Source: Dehalococcoidales bacterium (lineage in GTDB: Bacteria > Chloroflexota > Dehalococcoidia > Dehalococcoidales > UBA5760). Taken from it: a stretch of 56,568 nucleotides of DNA. How positions within the stretch are numbered: position 1 is the stretch's first letter; each line of letters begins with the position of its first letter. A model generated the notes under the pieces. The model had not been told where the DNA came from. It searched no databases and saw nothing but the letters and a program-made list of their open reading frames with translations. The position numbers and the translations under genes are program-made. Below are positions 35,706 to 45,165 of the stretch, in pieces. The DNA is taken from assembly GCA_021161775.1 (NCBI GenBank), contig JAGGZY010000003.1, positions 1-56,568 of the forward strand, read 5' to 3'.

Positions 35706-36932
35706 ATGGAAAAGATATTAACCAAGAATATTGACAAACCAAAGGCCTCAGATATCGAGGTATATCTAGCCGGGGGTGGCTATCAGGCACTGCCGAAGGC
35801 ACTCAGCCTGAAGCCAGAGGGAGTTATTAGCGAAGTTAAAAAATCCAAGCTGGTGGGCAGAGGAGGTGCCGCCTTCCCTGTTGGCTTAAAATGGGATTTC
35901 ACCCGGAAAGAAAGCACCCAGCCGAGATTTATCGTATGTAACGCTGATGAAGGCGAGCCAGGAACCTTCAAGGACCGGGTTATCCTGAAGAATGACCCTC
36001 ATCTACTCATTGAGGCAATTATCATTGCCGGATATGCTATCGGTGCCGACAAGGGCTTTATCTATATCAGAGGGGAGTATTACGACGAGATTGAAGCAGT
36101 AAATAACGCCATCCAACAGGCAAAGCAGAAGGGCTACCTGGGGAGTAATATCCTTAGCTCCGATTTCTCCTTTGATATCCAGGTCTATCGAGGCGTCGGG
36201 GCCTATATCTGCGGTGAGGAAACCTCACTGATTCAATCAATGGAGGGGAACCGACCCTGCCCCGATGACCGCCCCCCCTTCCCCACCCAATCAGGCTTTA
36301 TGGATAAGCCTACTGCGCTAAACAATGTCGAGACGCTGGCTAATATTCCGTCTATTATCAATAGGGGTGGCGACTGGTACTCAGGGATTGGCAGTCCTGA
36401 TTCTCCTGGCACCAAACTATTCTGCCTATCCGGGCAGGTAAATAAACCAGGGCTATATGAGCTTCCATTGGGGATAACCCTGGGCGAGCTTATTGAGAAT
36501 TACGGGAGCGGAGTAAACGGAAAACTTAAGGCCGTCCTGCCCGGTGGTGTTTCCAGCCGCCTACTCACTGACCCTGAGGTGAAATTGGATTACAAGGACG
36601 TCGCCCGGGCTGGCAGTATGCTGGGCTCAGCCTCAGTCATCGTGATAAATCAGGACACCAGCATTGTCGATGTTGCCCGAAACACTGTAGAATTTTTTAC
36701 TCACGAATCCTGTGGTAAGTGCTCTATATGTCGTGAGGGGACCCGACAGGCTAGAGAAATCCTTACCCGGATGGCTAATGGAAACGGCAGCGCTGGTGAG
36801 ATTGACCTGCTGTTGGAGCTGGGGGAGGTAATGTATGATACTGCCTGTTGCGGGCTGGGACAAGCAGCAATGAATGTCCCTACTAGTGCCATAACCCTAT
36901 TTAGAAATGAATTCGAACAGAAGGTAAGGTAA
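35706..36932 (+). CDS. NuoF-type FMN/NADH subunit, short form (HymB-like; no extra Fe-S domains)
   Basis: Has GRGGAAFPVGLKW, CNADEGEPGTF and ESCGKCSICREG. The protein ends right after FRNEFEQKVR. Confidence 0.88.
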   Translation: MEKILTKNIDKPKASDIEVYLAGGGYQALPKALSLKPEGVISEVKKSKLVGRGGAAFPVGLKWDFTRKESTQPRFIVCNADEGEPGTFKDRVILKNDPHLLIEAIIIAGYAIGADKGFIYIRGEYYDEIEAVNNAIQQAKQKGYLGSNILSSDFSFDIQVYRGVGAYICGEETSLIQSMEGNRPCPDDRPPFPTQSGFMDKPTALNNVETLANIPSIINRGGDWYSGIGSPDSPGTKLFCLSGQVNKPGLYELPLGITLGELIENYGSGVNGKLKAVLPGGVSSRLLTDPEVKLDYKDVARAGSMLGSASVIVINQDTSIVDVARNTVEFFTHESCGKCSICREGTRQAREILTRMANGNGSAGEIDLLLELGEVMYDTACCGLGQAAMNVPTSAITLFRNEFEQKVR

Positions 36933-36944
36933 TAAGGAGGCACA

Positions 36945-38663
36945 ATGGTCACATTAACTATTGATGGCGAATCGGTCAGCATTGCTGAAGGAACCAGCAT
37001 CATGGATGCTGCTGAACAAGCGCATATCCATATTCCTCGCCTCTGCTATTTGGAAGGGCTTGACGCCTATGGTGGCTGTCGGTTATGTGCGGTTGAGATT
37101 GAGGGAGAACCCCGGCTAGCTGCTTCCTGTATGCGCCAGGTAAGTCCCGGGATGAAGGTGCTTACCCACTCGCCACGGGTAAGGAAAGCCCGAAGAATGA
37201 TTGTTGAACTCCTGCTAGCGAATCACCCTACGGAGTGTTTTACCTGCGAGCGAAATCAAATCTGTGAACTGCTCAAACTAGCCTTTGAACTGGGGGTAAC
37301 CGAGGTCAGATTTAATAGCCTAAAACCAGTCTACGAACTAGATGAGACCAGCTCGGCTATCATCCGTGACTCCAACAAGTGTATTCTCTGCGGCCGGTGT
37401 GTTCGCGTCTGCCATGATGTACAGACGGTGAGCGTTATCGGTTTTATCAACCGTGGTCCCGATACTATAGTATCTACCCTCATGGAAAATGGGCTGGGCA
37501 ATGTAGAATGTACCAATTGTGGTCAGTGTATCCAGGTTTGCCCGGTAGGGGCAATTAAGGAGCGGTCGGCAGTTGATGAGGTCTGGGCAGCCCTTGATGA
37601 CCCCACCAAGCATGTCGTGGTTCAGGAAGCCCCCGCCATCAGAGCTGCCCTGGGTGAAGAGCTAGGGCTATCCCCGGGAACCCTAGTTGCCGGCAGGATG
37701 CACGCCGCACTACGAAAATTGGGCTTTGATGCCGTGTTTGATACCAACTTCAGCGCCGATTTAACCATTATGGAAGAAGCTAGTGAGCTGGTAAAGAGGG
37801 TCACCGAAGGTGGTGTTCTACCCCAGATTACCTCATGTTCTCCAGGATGGATTAAGTTTGTAGAACATTTCTATCCCGACCTGCTGCCCAATGTCTCCTC
37901 ATGTAAATCCCCCCAGCAGATGTTTGGCCCACTGGCGAAGACCTACTATGCCGAAAAAGGCAGTATTGACCCGGCAAAGATTGTCTCGGTGTCTATCATG
38001 CCCTGTACCGCCAAGAAATTTGAAGCCCTGAGGCCTGAGATGACCGATAGCGGCTTTCAGGATGTTGACTACGTACTGACTACCAGAGAGCTTAGCCGAA
38101 TGATTAAGGAAGCCGGGATTAACTTCGCCAGCCTGCCTGATGAGCCCGCCAGCGAGCTGATGGGGCTTTACTCAGGAGCGGGGACTATTTTCGGGGCTAC
38201 CGGCGGGGTGATGGAAGCTGCCCTGCGTACTGCCTATAAGCTGGTCACCAATAAGGAGCTGGAAAATCTGGACATTTTACCCGTAAGGGGGCTTAATGGC
38301 ATAAAAACAGCTACGGTGGATGTGGATGGCTTAGAGGTAAAGGTTGCCGTGGCTCATGGGCTGGGTAACGCCAGAAAGCTCCTTGACGAGGTTCGCGCCG
38401 GTAAGTCACCCTACCACTTCATTGAGATTATGGCTTGTCCCGGGGGTTGTGTCGGCGGTGGAGGACAGCCGATTAGCTTTGACCTGGCGCTAAGGGGAAC
38501 CCGTGGCCAGACCCTCTATAATGAGGATAAGGCACTTCCCTACCGCCGTTCCCACGATAACCCATCCATCAAGAAGATATACCAAGACTATCTGGAAAAA
38601 CCACTCGGCGAGAAATCACATCACCTTCTACACACTAAATATACCGCCCGAGGGATGAAATAG
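36945..38663 (+). CDS. hydA: [FeFe]-hydrogenase catalytic subunit, M3 architecture (2Fe-2S, His-ligated 4Fe-4S, 2x[4Fe-4S], H-domain, SSU-like tail)
   Basis: Has P2 MPCTAKKFEA and P3 EIMACPGGCVGGGGQP. P1 reads TSCSPGW, which is non-canonical. The N-terminus carries CRLCAVEIEG, CILCGRCVRVC and CTNCGQCIQVCP. Confidence 0.88.
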   Translation: MVTLTIDGESVSIAEGTSIMDAAEQAHIHIPRLCYLEGLDAYGGCRLCAVEIEGEPRLAASCMRQVSPGMKVLTHSPRVRKARRMIVELLLANHPTECFTCERNQICELLKLAFELGVTEVRFNSLKPVYELDETSSAIIRDSNKCILCGRCVRVCHDVQTVSVIGFINRGPDTIVSTLMENGLGNVECTNCGQCIQVCPVGAIKERSAVDEVWAALDDPTKHVVVQEAPAIRAALGEELGLSPGTLVAGRMHAALRKLGFDAVFDTNFSADLTIMEEASELVKRVTEGGVLPQITSCSPGWIKFVEHFYPDLLPNVSSCKSPQQMFGPLAKTYYAEKGSIDPAKIVSVSIMPCTAKKFEALRPEMTDSGFQDVDYVLTTRELSRMIKEAGINFASLPDEPASELMGLYSGAGTIFGATGGVMEAALRTAYKLVTNKELENLDILPVRGLNGIKTATVDVDGLEVKVAVAHGLGNARKLLDEVRAGKSPYHFIEIMACPGGCVGGGGQPISFDLALRGTRGQTLYNEDKALPYRRSHDNPSIKKIYQDYLEKPLGEKSHHLLHTKYTARGMK

Positions 38664-38697
38664 CCTGACTTGATAACTAGATGAAAGGAGACATAAG

Positions 38698-39240
38698 ATG
38701 ACAAGTAAGATAAAAGCCGCCGTTTTCCCCAACCGACTAGATAACCTGACGATGACTAAGGAAATGGGAGCTACTCTGGCGATACTGCTGGCAATCGCCG
38801 TTGCCGCCCCCTTAATCGGCAATCAGTTTATTACCGGACCTATTGTTAATGCCACCCTGATAGTTGCCACTGTGCTATTAGGGATGAAATACGGGATTTT
38901 GGTAGGACTAGTCCCCAGCACCATCGCTATGGCTAGCGGACTGCTTCCTCCCATCCTTGCCCCTCAGATCCCCTTTATTATGGTGGGTAATGCAATACTG
39001 GTAATAACCTTTGGTTACCTCAGGCAGAAAAACTACTGGCTAGGACTGGTTACCGGGAGTGTGTTAAAGTTCGCTTTCCTTTATGGCACCTGTAAACTAA
39101 TCAGTAACCTGTTTGTTAACCAGCAGGTAGCTACCAATATTGCTCAAATGATGAGCTGGCCCCAGTTAGTTACCGCCCTGGTCGGAGGTGTCCTTGCCTA
39201 CGGCTTCCTGCGTGGCACCAAGAAACTCAACCGGAACTAA
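38698..39240 (+). CDS. Small polytopic membrane protein at the end of the hydrogenase operon (HymD-like position)
   Basis: Has five or so hydrophobic helices and no recognisable cofactor motif. It is operon-final and followed by a terminator. Confidence 0.45.
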   Translation: MTSKIKAAVFPNRLDNLTMTKEMGATLAILLAIAVAAPLIGNQFITGPIVNATLIVATVLLGMKYGILVGLVPSTIAMASGLLPPILAPQIPFIMVGNAILVITFGYLRQKNYWLGLVTGSVLKFAFLYGTCKLISNLFVNQQVATNIAQMMSWPQLVTALVGGVLAYGFLRGTKKLNRN

Positions 39241-39264
39241 CCCTGCCTAAAATTTAATCTAACC

Positions 39265-39299
39265 GAGACTCCTCATTAATGGGGGGTCTCTTTATATTT
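39265..39299 (+). terminator. Rho-independent terminator after the hydrogenase operon
   Basis: gagactcc (39265..39272) pairs with ggggtctc (39283..39290) as 8 bp including one G-U. The stem is followed by tttatattt. Confidence 0.7.
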
Positions 39300-39392
39300 A
39301 ATCCGTTAATCCTAAATCCGACCTTTCTTGCTATGCCAAATAAACAATAGTAAAATATAGGTAGTGATTTACTCCAGATCAAGGAGAGAAAG

Positions 39393-40274
39393 ATGAAGAA
39401 CGGTACCCTGAAGGTTAAAATCGGGCTGGCTCAAATGCTAAAGGGCGGGGTAATTATGGATGTGGTTAACTCTGAGCAAGCTAAGATTGCCGAGGACGCC
39501 GGCGCCTGTGCGGTGATGGCACTGGAAAGAGTCCCAGCCGATATTCGGGCTATGGGAGGTGTGGCTCGTATGGCTGACCCCACCATTATTGAAGCTATTA
39601 TGAAAGCTGTCTCCATCCCGGTAATGGCGAAATGTCGTATTGGCCACTTCGTGGAGGCTCAGGCACTGGAGGCGCTGGGGGTAGACTATATTGATGAGTC
39701 CGAGGTGCTTACCCCGGCTGATGAAGCCCACCACATCTGGAAGCACGATTTTAAGGTCCCCTTTGTCTGTGGCTGTCGTAATCTTGGTGAGGCACTACGC
39801 CGCCTTGGTGAAGGAGCCGCCATGATACGAACCAAGGGTGAAGCTGGCACCGGCAATATCGTGGAAGCCGTCAGGCATATGCGAGCCGTAAGCGATGGCA
39901 TCCATCGGGCAATCACTACCCCTCAAGAAGAGCTAATGGCGCTGGCTAAGGAAATGGGAGCCCCCTTCTCCCTGGTATCCGAGGTGCATAACATCGGCAA
40001 GCTCCCAGTGGTCAACTTCGCCGCCGGCGGGGTAGCTACCCCGGCTGATGCCGCCCTGATGATGCAACTGGGGGCGGATGGTATCTTTGTCGGCTCCGGT
40101 ATCTTTAAATCCACCAACCCCGAAGCCCGAGCCAAGGCTATCGTCAAGGCAACCACCCACTATCAGGACCCCGCAATCATCGCTGAGGTTTCCAAAAACT
40201 TGGGCGAAGCTATGCCTGGGCTAGATATAAAACAGATCCCCACCGAGGAGCTACTGGCATCTCGAGGATGGTAA
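39393..40274 (+). CDS. pdxS: Pyridoxal 5-prime-phosphate synthase lyase subunit
   Basis: Contains [18 protein letters not shown] and [10 protein letters not shown]. Confidence 0.95.
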   Translation: MKNGTLKVKIGLAQMLKGGVIMDVVNSEQAKIAEDAGACAVMALERVPADIRAMGGVARMADPTIIEAIMKAVSIPVMAKCRIGHFVEAQALEALGVDYIDESEVLTPADEAHHIWKHDFKVPFVCGCRNLGEALRRLGEGAAMIRTKGEAGTGNIVEAVRHMRAVSDGIHRAITTPQEELMALAKEMGAPFSLVSEVHNIGKLPVVNFAAGGVATPADAALMMQLGADGIFVGSGIFKSTNPEARAKAIVKATTHYQDPAIIAEVSKNLGEAMPGLDIKQIPTEELLASRGW

Positions 40275-40275
40275 G

Positions 40276-40890
40276 ATGAAAATAGGTGTCCTTGCGGTGC
40301 AAGGGGCCTTCGCCGAACACATCGCAATACTAAATAAACTAGGGGTAGCTGCCTTGCCCATTCGCTTACCCCCCGAAGTTGTGGGTCTGGACGGGTTAAT
40401 TATTCCTGGTGGAGAAAGCACCTCAATCAGCAAACTAATCCGGGACTATCACCTATCAGACGAGATAACGAGCCTGGCAGGAAACGGCTTACCTATACTG
40501 GGTATCTGTGCCGGGATGATACTAATGTCCCGAAGGATTACCGATTCCAGCATCGAACCCCTGGGACTAATGGCTATCACGGTGCGACGGAATGCTTTTG
40601 GTCGGCAGCAGGAAAGCTTTGAAACCGAGCTTAGCCTACCCGTCCTGGGTAATCAGCCCTTCCCCGGGGTATTCATTCGTGCCCCCATTATTGAGCAAGC
40701 CGAAAGCACGGTAGATATCCTCGCCAGACTCAATAACACCATCATTGCCGCCCGACAGGGGAATCTGGTAGCGTTAGCCTTCCACCCTGAACTAACTAAT
40801 GACCTGAGATTCCACCAGTATTTTCTAAGTATCGTAGCCGAATCCGATAGATTCAACTTAAGAGGGAGCGCTGTTGCCAAAGGTAATTAG
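40276..40890 (+). CDS. pdxT: Pyridoxal 5-prime-phosphate synthase glutaminase subunit
   Basis: Contains IGVLAVQGAF, IIPGGESTS, GICAGMIL and FHPE. Confidence 0.93.
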   Translation: MKIGVLAVQGAFAEHIAILNKLGVAALPIRLPPEVVGLDGLIIPGGESTSISKLIRDYHLSDEITSLAGNGLPILGICAGMILMSRRITDSSIEPLGLMAITVRRNAFGRQQESFETELSLPVLGNQPFPGVFIRAPIIEQAESTVDILARLNNTIIAARQGNLVALAFHPELTNDLRFHQYFLSIVAESDRFNLRGSAVAKGN

Positions 40891-42379
40891 TGATGACCTG
40901 GACGCCCTGCTGGATATCCTACCCCCTGGTATTCGCCAGTCACTCTGTCAACAGCAGGGTAATGGTGAATTGCTGGAGGTCATTCTCGACCTGGGGCGTT
41001 TTCCCGAAGCCCGCTTTCCCCATCGAGAGATAGTCCTCAGCAATGAGGAGGTGAACGAGGCTGACATCGACTATATTGCCTCCCGGGTAGGTAGCTTCGC
41101 CGACGATAATCGGGCGGGTATCGAACGCACCTTGCACCGTATCTCGGCTATCCGCAACCGCCGGGGGCGCATTGTAGGGCTTACCTGTCGGGTAGGGCGG
41201 GCAGTCTATGGCACCATCAAGATTATTGAAGACCTGGTTCAATCGGGCAAGAACATCCTGCTGCTGGGTCGCCCTGGGGTAGGCAAAACCACTATGCTTC
41301 GCGAGGTCGCCCGGGTGCTGGCGGATGACCTTAAGAAACGGGTCATTATTGTCGACACCTCTAACGAGATTGCCGGCGATGGTGATATTCCCCACTCTGC
41401 TATTGGCCACGCCCGACGTATGCAGGTAGCTACCCCTACCCAACAACACGCGGTAATGATTGAAGCCGTGGAGAATCATATGCCCGAGGTGATAGTCATT
41501 GATGAAATCGGCACCGAGCTGGAGGCTCAGGCAGCACGAACTATCGCCGAGCGTGGGGTACAGCTAATTGGCACTGCCCACGGTAACGAACTACAAAACC
41601 TGATTATGAATCCTACCCTCTGCGACCTCATCGGCGGCATCCAAACGGTAATCCTGGGCGATGAGGAAGCCAAACGGCGAGGCACCCAGAAATCTATACT
41701 GGAACGCACCTCACCACCCACCTTTGATGTTGTGGTTGAGATTCAGAACTGGGACCGGGTAGCTATCCACCCCGACGTTAGTCAGGCTGTGGACGCTATC
41801 CTACGCGACCAAACCCCGATTACCGAAATCCGCTGGTGGGATGAAACCGGCGAGGTAAAAATAACCAAGCCAACCCCCACCAGACCCCAAAGCCGCCGGA
41901 AACCACTGCTAAAGGCTAATGAGCCGGTGAAGCTCTACCTGTTTGGGATAAATCGAGGACGGTTGGAGCAGATAGCTCAAGAAATGAAATTAAAACCGGA
42001 CATTATAAATGACCTGAATCAGGCTAATCTATTTGTCATCCCCAAGAACTACTACCATCGCAAACCCCCGAAACTCAGGGAGGCAGAGATGGCTAATCTA
42101 CCGGTTTATGTGCTGAGGAGTAATACCCCCCACCAGATAAGGCAACTGCTCAGCGACATATATCATACTGAGGGTTCCAATAAAGCTCCCTCAGTCAAGC
42201 AGGCTATCGGTGAGGCTGAAGAAGCTATTACCCAGCTAAAAAATGGCGAAGAAGTGGTAGAACTCAGCCCCCAGAGCGCCTATATTCGCCGTCTCCAGCA
42301 CCTCATCGCCGAACGAAATAATCTAGCCTCACAAAGCACCGGTAAAGACCCTGACCGACGGGTGAGGATTTATAAGTAA
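40874..42379 (+). CDS. SpoIIIAA/Ycf45-like AAA ATPase with a C-terminal R3H domain
   Basis: Has Walker A GRPGVGKTT, Walker B VIVIDEIG and a C-terminal YIRRLQHLIAE R3H-like segment. The TTG start lies 6 nt after GAGGGAG. Confidence 0.7.
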   Translation: MPKVISDDLDALLDILPPGIRQSLCQQQGNGELLEVILDLGRFPEARFPHREIVLSNEEVNEADIDYIASRVGSFADDNRAGIERTLHRISAIRNRRGRIVGLTCRVGRAVYGTIKIIEDLVQSGKNILLLGRPGVGKTTMLREVARVLADDLKKRVIIVDTSNEIAGDGDIPHSAIGHARRMQVATPTQQHAVMIEAVENHMPEVIVIDEIGTELEAQAARTIAERGVQLIGTAHGNELQNLIMNPTLCDLIGGIQTVILGDEEAKRRGTQKSILERTSPPTFDVVVEIQNWDRVAIHPDVSQAVDAILRDQTPITEIRWWDETGEVKITKPTPTRPQSRRKPLLKANEPVKLYLFGINRGRLEQIAQEMKLKPDIINDLNQANLFVIPKNYYHRKPPKLREAEMANLPVYVLRSNTPHQIRQLLSDIYHTEGSNKAPSVKQAIGEAEEAITQLKNGEEVVELSPQSAYIRRLQHLIAERNNLASQSTGKDPDRRVRIYK

Positions 42380-42393
42380 AAAGGAGAAGGGAA

Positions 42394-42768
42394 ATGTCAT
42401 TACGACCTGAAACACTGGAAAAATATGTAAAACAAGCCAGACTGATACTTGGAGATGCTGCCAAGAATGGGAAAACTATCACCTATGGAGAGCTGATGAA
42501 GAAAATGGGGGGTCCGGGACGAGGCTACATCGGGGAGGTTTTGGGAGAAATCTGCACAATGGAACGTGAAAACGGTCGCCCCCGGCTCTCGGCGCTCGTT
42601 GTCTGCCGTCGCAATGGGTTACCGGGAGAGACATTCTGGAAATCAGGCATCCTCCCACCATCTATCAAGAATGTCTCGATGGCAGAGAAGATAGGTTACT
42701 GGGAAGAGGAATGCTCCCGGGTTTGGAAATTCTGGGGAAGGGAGTATGCGAAAATCAAAGATGACTAA
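42394..42768 (+). CDS. Hypothetical protein; weak resemblance to MGMT/Atl-type winged-helix domains without the PCHR active site
   Basis: The ITYGELMKKMGGPGRGYIGEVLGEI ... LSALVV pattern supports only a tentative call. Confidence 0.3.
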   Translation: MSLRPETLEKYVKQARLILGDAAKNGKTITYGELMKKMGGPGRGYIGEVLGEICTMERENGRPRLSALVVCRRNGLPGETFWKSGILPPSIKNVSMAEKIGYWEEECSRVWKFWGREYAKIKDD

Positions 42769-42785
42769 AATTTGAGGGTTAGTTT

Positions 42786-43409
42786 ATGTCGCTATTCATT
42801 ACCTTTGAGGGTGGCGAGGGAAGTGGTAAGAGTACCCAATCCAGAATCCTCTATGAGAAGCTGGCGGGGTTAACTCTCCCTGCAATCCTGACCCACGAAC
42901 CCGGCGGTACCTCGCTGGGTAGCCAGCTAAAGAACTGGCTAAAATGGATTGACGATAAGGATATACCACCACTGACTGAGCTACTGCTGTTTAATGCCTC
43001 CCGCTCCCAGTTAATTACCGAGGTTATTAGGCCTAACCTAAAAAGCCATAAAGTAGTTATCAGTGACCGTTACGCCGATTCTACTATCGCCTATCAAGGC
43101 TACGGACGAGGGCTAGACCTAGCCACCGTAAAGGCAGTTAACGATATCGCCACCCAGCGGCTCAAACCTGACCTTACCGTGCTACTGGACATCCCGGTTA
43201 ACGACGGTTTCACTCGCAAGAAGGGCGATAAACATGACCGCTTTGAACAAGAAACTCTAGCCTTTCACCAGCGGGTAAGGAAAGGGTTCCTTAAACTAGC
43301 TCAACAAGAACCGTCACGCTGGTTAGTAATAGATGCTACCCAATCTAAAGACAAGATAGCCCAGATTATCTGGCAACGGGTAAACCAATGCTTAACAATA
43401 GGGAGGTAA
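42786..43409 (+). CDS. tmk: dTMP kinase
   Basis: Contains FITFEGGEGSGKSTQ and DRYADST. Confidence 0.93.
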   Translation: MSLFITFEGGEGSGKSTQSRILYEKLAGLTLPAILTHEPGGTSLGSQLKNWLKWIDDKDIPPLTELLLFNASRSQLITEVIRPNLKSHKVVISDRYADSTIAYQGYGRGLDLATVKAVNDIATQRLKPDLTVLLDIPVNDGFTRKKGDKHDRFEQETLAFHQRVRKGFLKLAQQEPSRWLVIDATQSKDKIAQIIWQRVNQCLTIGR

Positions 43410-43410
43410 T

Positions 43411-44514
43411 ATGCCCAGATTAATCAACATACCTAACCTACCACTACCCCCAATATCCCGCAAGAAAGTCTTTGTCGCTATGAGTGGTGGGGTAGATTCA
43501 TCACTGACTGCTGCCCTGCTAAAAGAGGCTGACTATGAGGTTAGCGGGATTTATGCTAAGCTATGGGCTAACCCTAAACAATCGGATAATATCTCTGCCC
43601 TGGAACAAACCTGCCAATTGCTTGATATCCCTCTCCATAAACTGGACCTCACTGCTGAATTTCAACATCTAGTTATTGACTACTTCTGCCGGGAGTATAG
43701 CCGGGGGAGAACGCCAAACCCGTGTATCGTTTGTAATCAGCATATCAAATTCGGACTGCTGCTAAATAAGGTGTTGGAGATGGGGGCTGACTACCTAGCC
43801 ACCGGCCATTATGCCCAAATCATCTGCTCGGCAAAAATCCACAGCCCGCTAAAGCCAGCTGAACTAAGCTACAGCCTGCTAAAAGCGACTGACCTAACCA
43901 AAGACCAATCCTATTTTCTGTATATGCTGGGGCAGACAGAGTTGGAGCATCTGCTCTTCCCCCTGGGCGGCTTACTCAAAGCTGAGGTAAGAAGGCTAGC
44001 TGCCGAAGCAGGTCTGGTTACCAGTAGCCAGCGCGATAGCCAGGATGTTTGCTTCATCTCGAATAATGACTATCGGGCATTTATTGCTAAATACCTCGCC
44101 CCTAGGTCGGGAGATATTGTCGATGGGGATGGCAAAATCCTGGGCAGGCATAATGGCTTAGCCTATTATACGATAGGTCAGCGACGCGGGCTAGGGCTTA
44201 GCTTCGAAGAACCCTGGTATGTAGTTAAACTCGACGCCGCCAGTAACCGACTGGTAGTTGGCACCAAAGACCAGCTTTTCGTTAATCGACTTGCCGCCAG
44301 CCAACTAAGCTGGGTATCAGGAGAACCGCCATCGGACAATATTACCGCCAAGATTCGCTACCAATCACCTGAGGTGCCAGTTACCCTCCAGCTTAATAAC
44401 GACACCGCCGAGGTTCAATTTGAAACGCCCCAGTGTGCGGTTACCCCGGGGCAGGCTATCGTCTTCTACCGAGGGGATATTGTTCTGGGTGGCGGAACTA
44501 TAAATGATAGCTAG
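43411..44514 (+). CDS. mnmA: tRNA 2-thiouridine(34) synthase
   Basis: Contains PP-loop VAMSGGVDSS, NPCIVCN and TGHYA. Confidence 0.93.
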   Translation: MPRLINIPNLPLPPISRKKVFVAMSGGVDSSLTAALLKEADYEVSGIYAKLWANPKQSDNISALEQTCQLLDIPLHKLDLTAEFQHLVIDYFCREYSRGRTPNPCIVCNQHIKFGLLLNKVLEMGADYLATGHYAQIICSAKIHSPLKPAELSYSLLKATDLTKDQSYFLYMLGQTELEHLLFPLGGLLKAEVRRLAAEAGLVTSSQRDSQDVCFISNNDYRAFIAKYLAPRSGDIVDGDGKILGRHNGLAYYTIGQRRGLGLSFEEPWYVVKLDAASNRLVVGTKDQLFVNRLAASQLSWVSGEPPSDNITAKIRYQSPEVPVTLQLNNDTAEVQFETPQCAVTPGQAIVFYRGDIVLGGGTINDS

Positions 44515-44523
44515 CAATCTAAC

Positions 44524-45165
44524 ATGGTAAAATCAATAACTAAATCCCTAAAACCATCCTTTGATGAAGAAAGCCGGCTTATAGCACAGGGTTGTCGGTT
44601 TATTGCCGGGATTGATGAAGCTGGGCGAGGCGCCTTGGCAGGCCCAGTAACTGCCGCCGCCGTTATTATGCCCTGCCAGCTAAACGCCCCCTGGTTAAAT
44701 CAGGTAAGAGACTCCAAGCAATTAACCCCTGCCAGGCGAGAAGCCCTATTTTACCATATCCATGAAAGTGCTATCTCGATAGGAGTTGGTATGGCGTCGC
44801 CGACAGTAATCGACGCCCAAAATATCGTTAATGCTACCCGACTGGCGATGAAGATAGCAATTAGCCAATTTCTACCCACCCCCGATTACCTTCTTATCGA
44901 CTATATGAGCCTCCCTGAAATACCATTACCCCAGAAAGGGATAACCCATGGTGATAGCCTGTGCTTCTCCATCGCCTGTGCCTCCATTATTGCCAAGGTA
45001 ACCCGAGACCACCTGATGATTCATCTTGACCGAGTCTATCCCGGTTACGGATTAGCCCAGCACAAAGGCTACGCTACCAGAGAACACCTCAACAGTTTAT
45101 CCTGCCTGGGACCATCTCCCATCCATCGCCAGTCATTTAGCCCGGTCAAGGAACTGCTTAAATGA
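44524..45165 (+). CDS. rnhB: Ribonuclease HII
   Basis: Contains GIDEAGRGALAGPV and ASIIAKVTRD. Confidence 0.93.
   Translation: MVKSITKSLKPSFDEESRLIAQGCRFIAGIDEAGRGALAGPVTAAAVIMPCQLNAPWLNQVRDSKQLTPARREALFYHIHESAISIGVGMASPTVIDAQNIVNATRLAMKIAISQFLPTPDYLLIDYMSLPEIPLPQKGITHGDSLCFSIACASIIAKVTRDHLMIHLDRVYPGYGLAQHKGYATREHLNSLSCLGPSPIHRQSFSPVKELLK

Noticed and set aside
40940-41479. 179-aa minus-strand ORF
   Set aside because: It is antisense to the P-loop region of the R3H ATPase gene. It has no SD or motif, and its composition is typical of shadow ORFs. The same reasoning applies to the other antisense ORFs of 60-146 aa listed in the track (for example 11770..12183, 24520..24924, 28461..28898, 48293..48733, 52325..52705).
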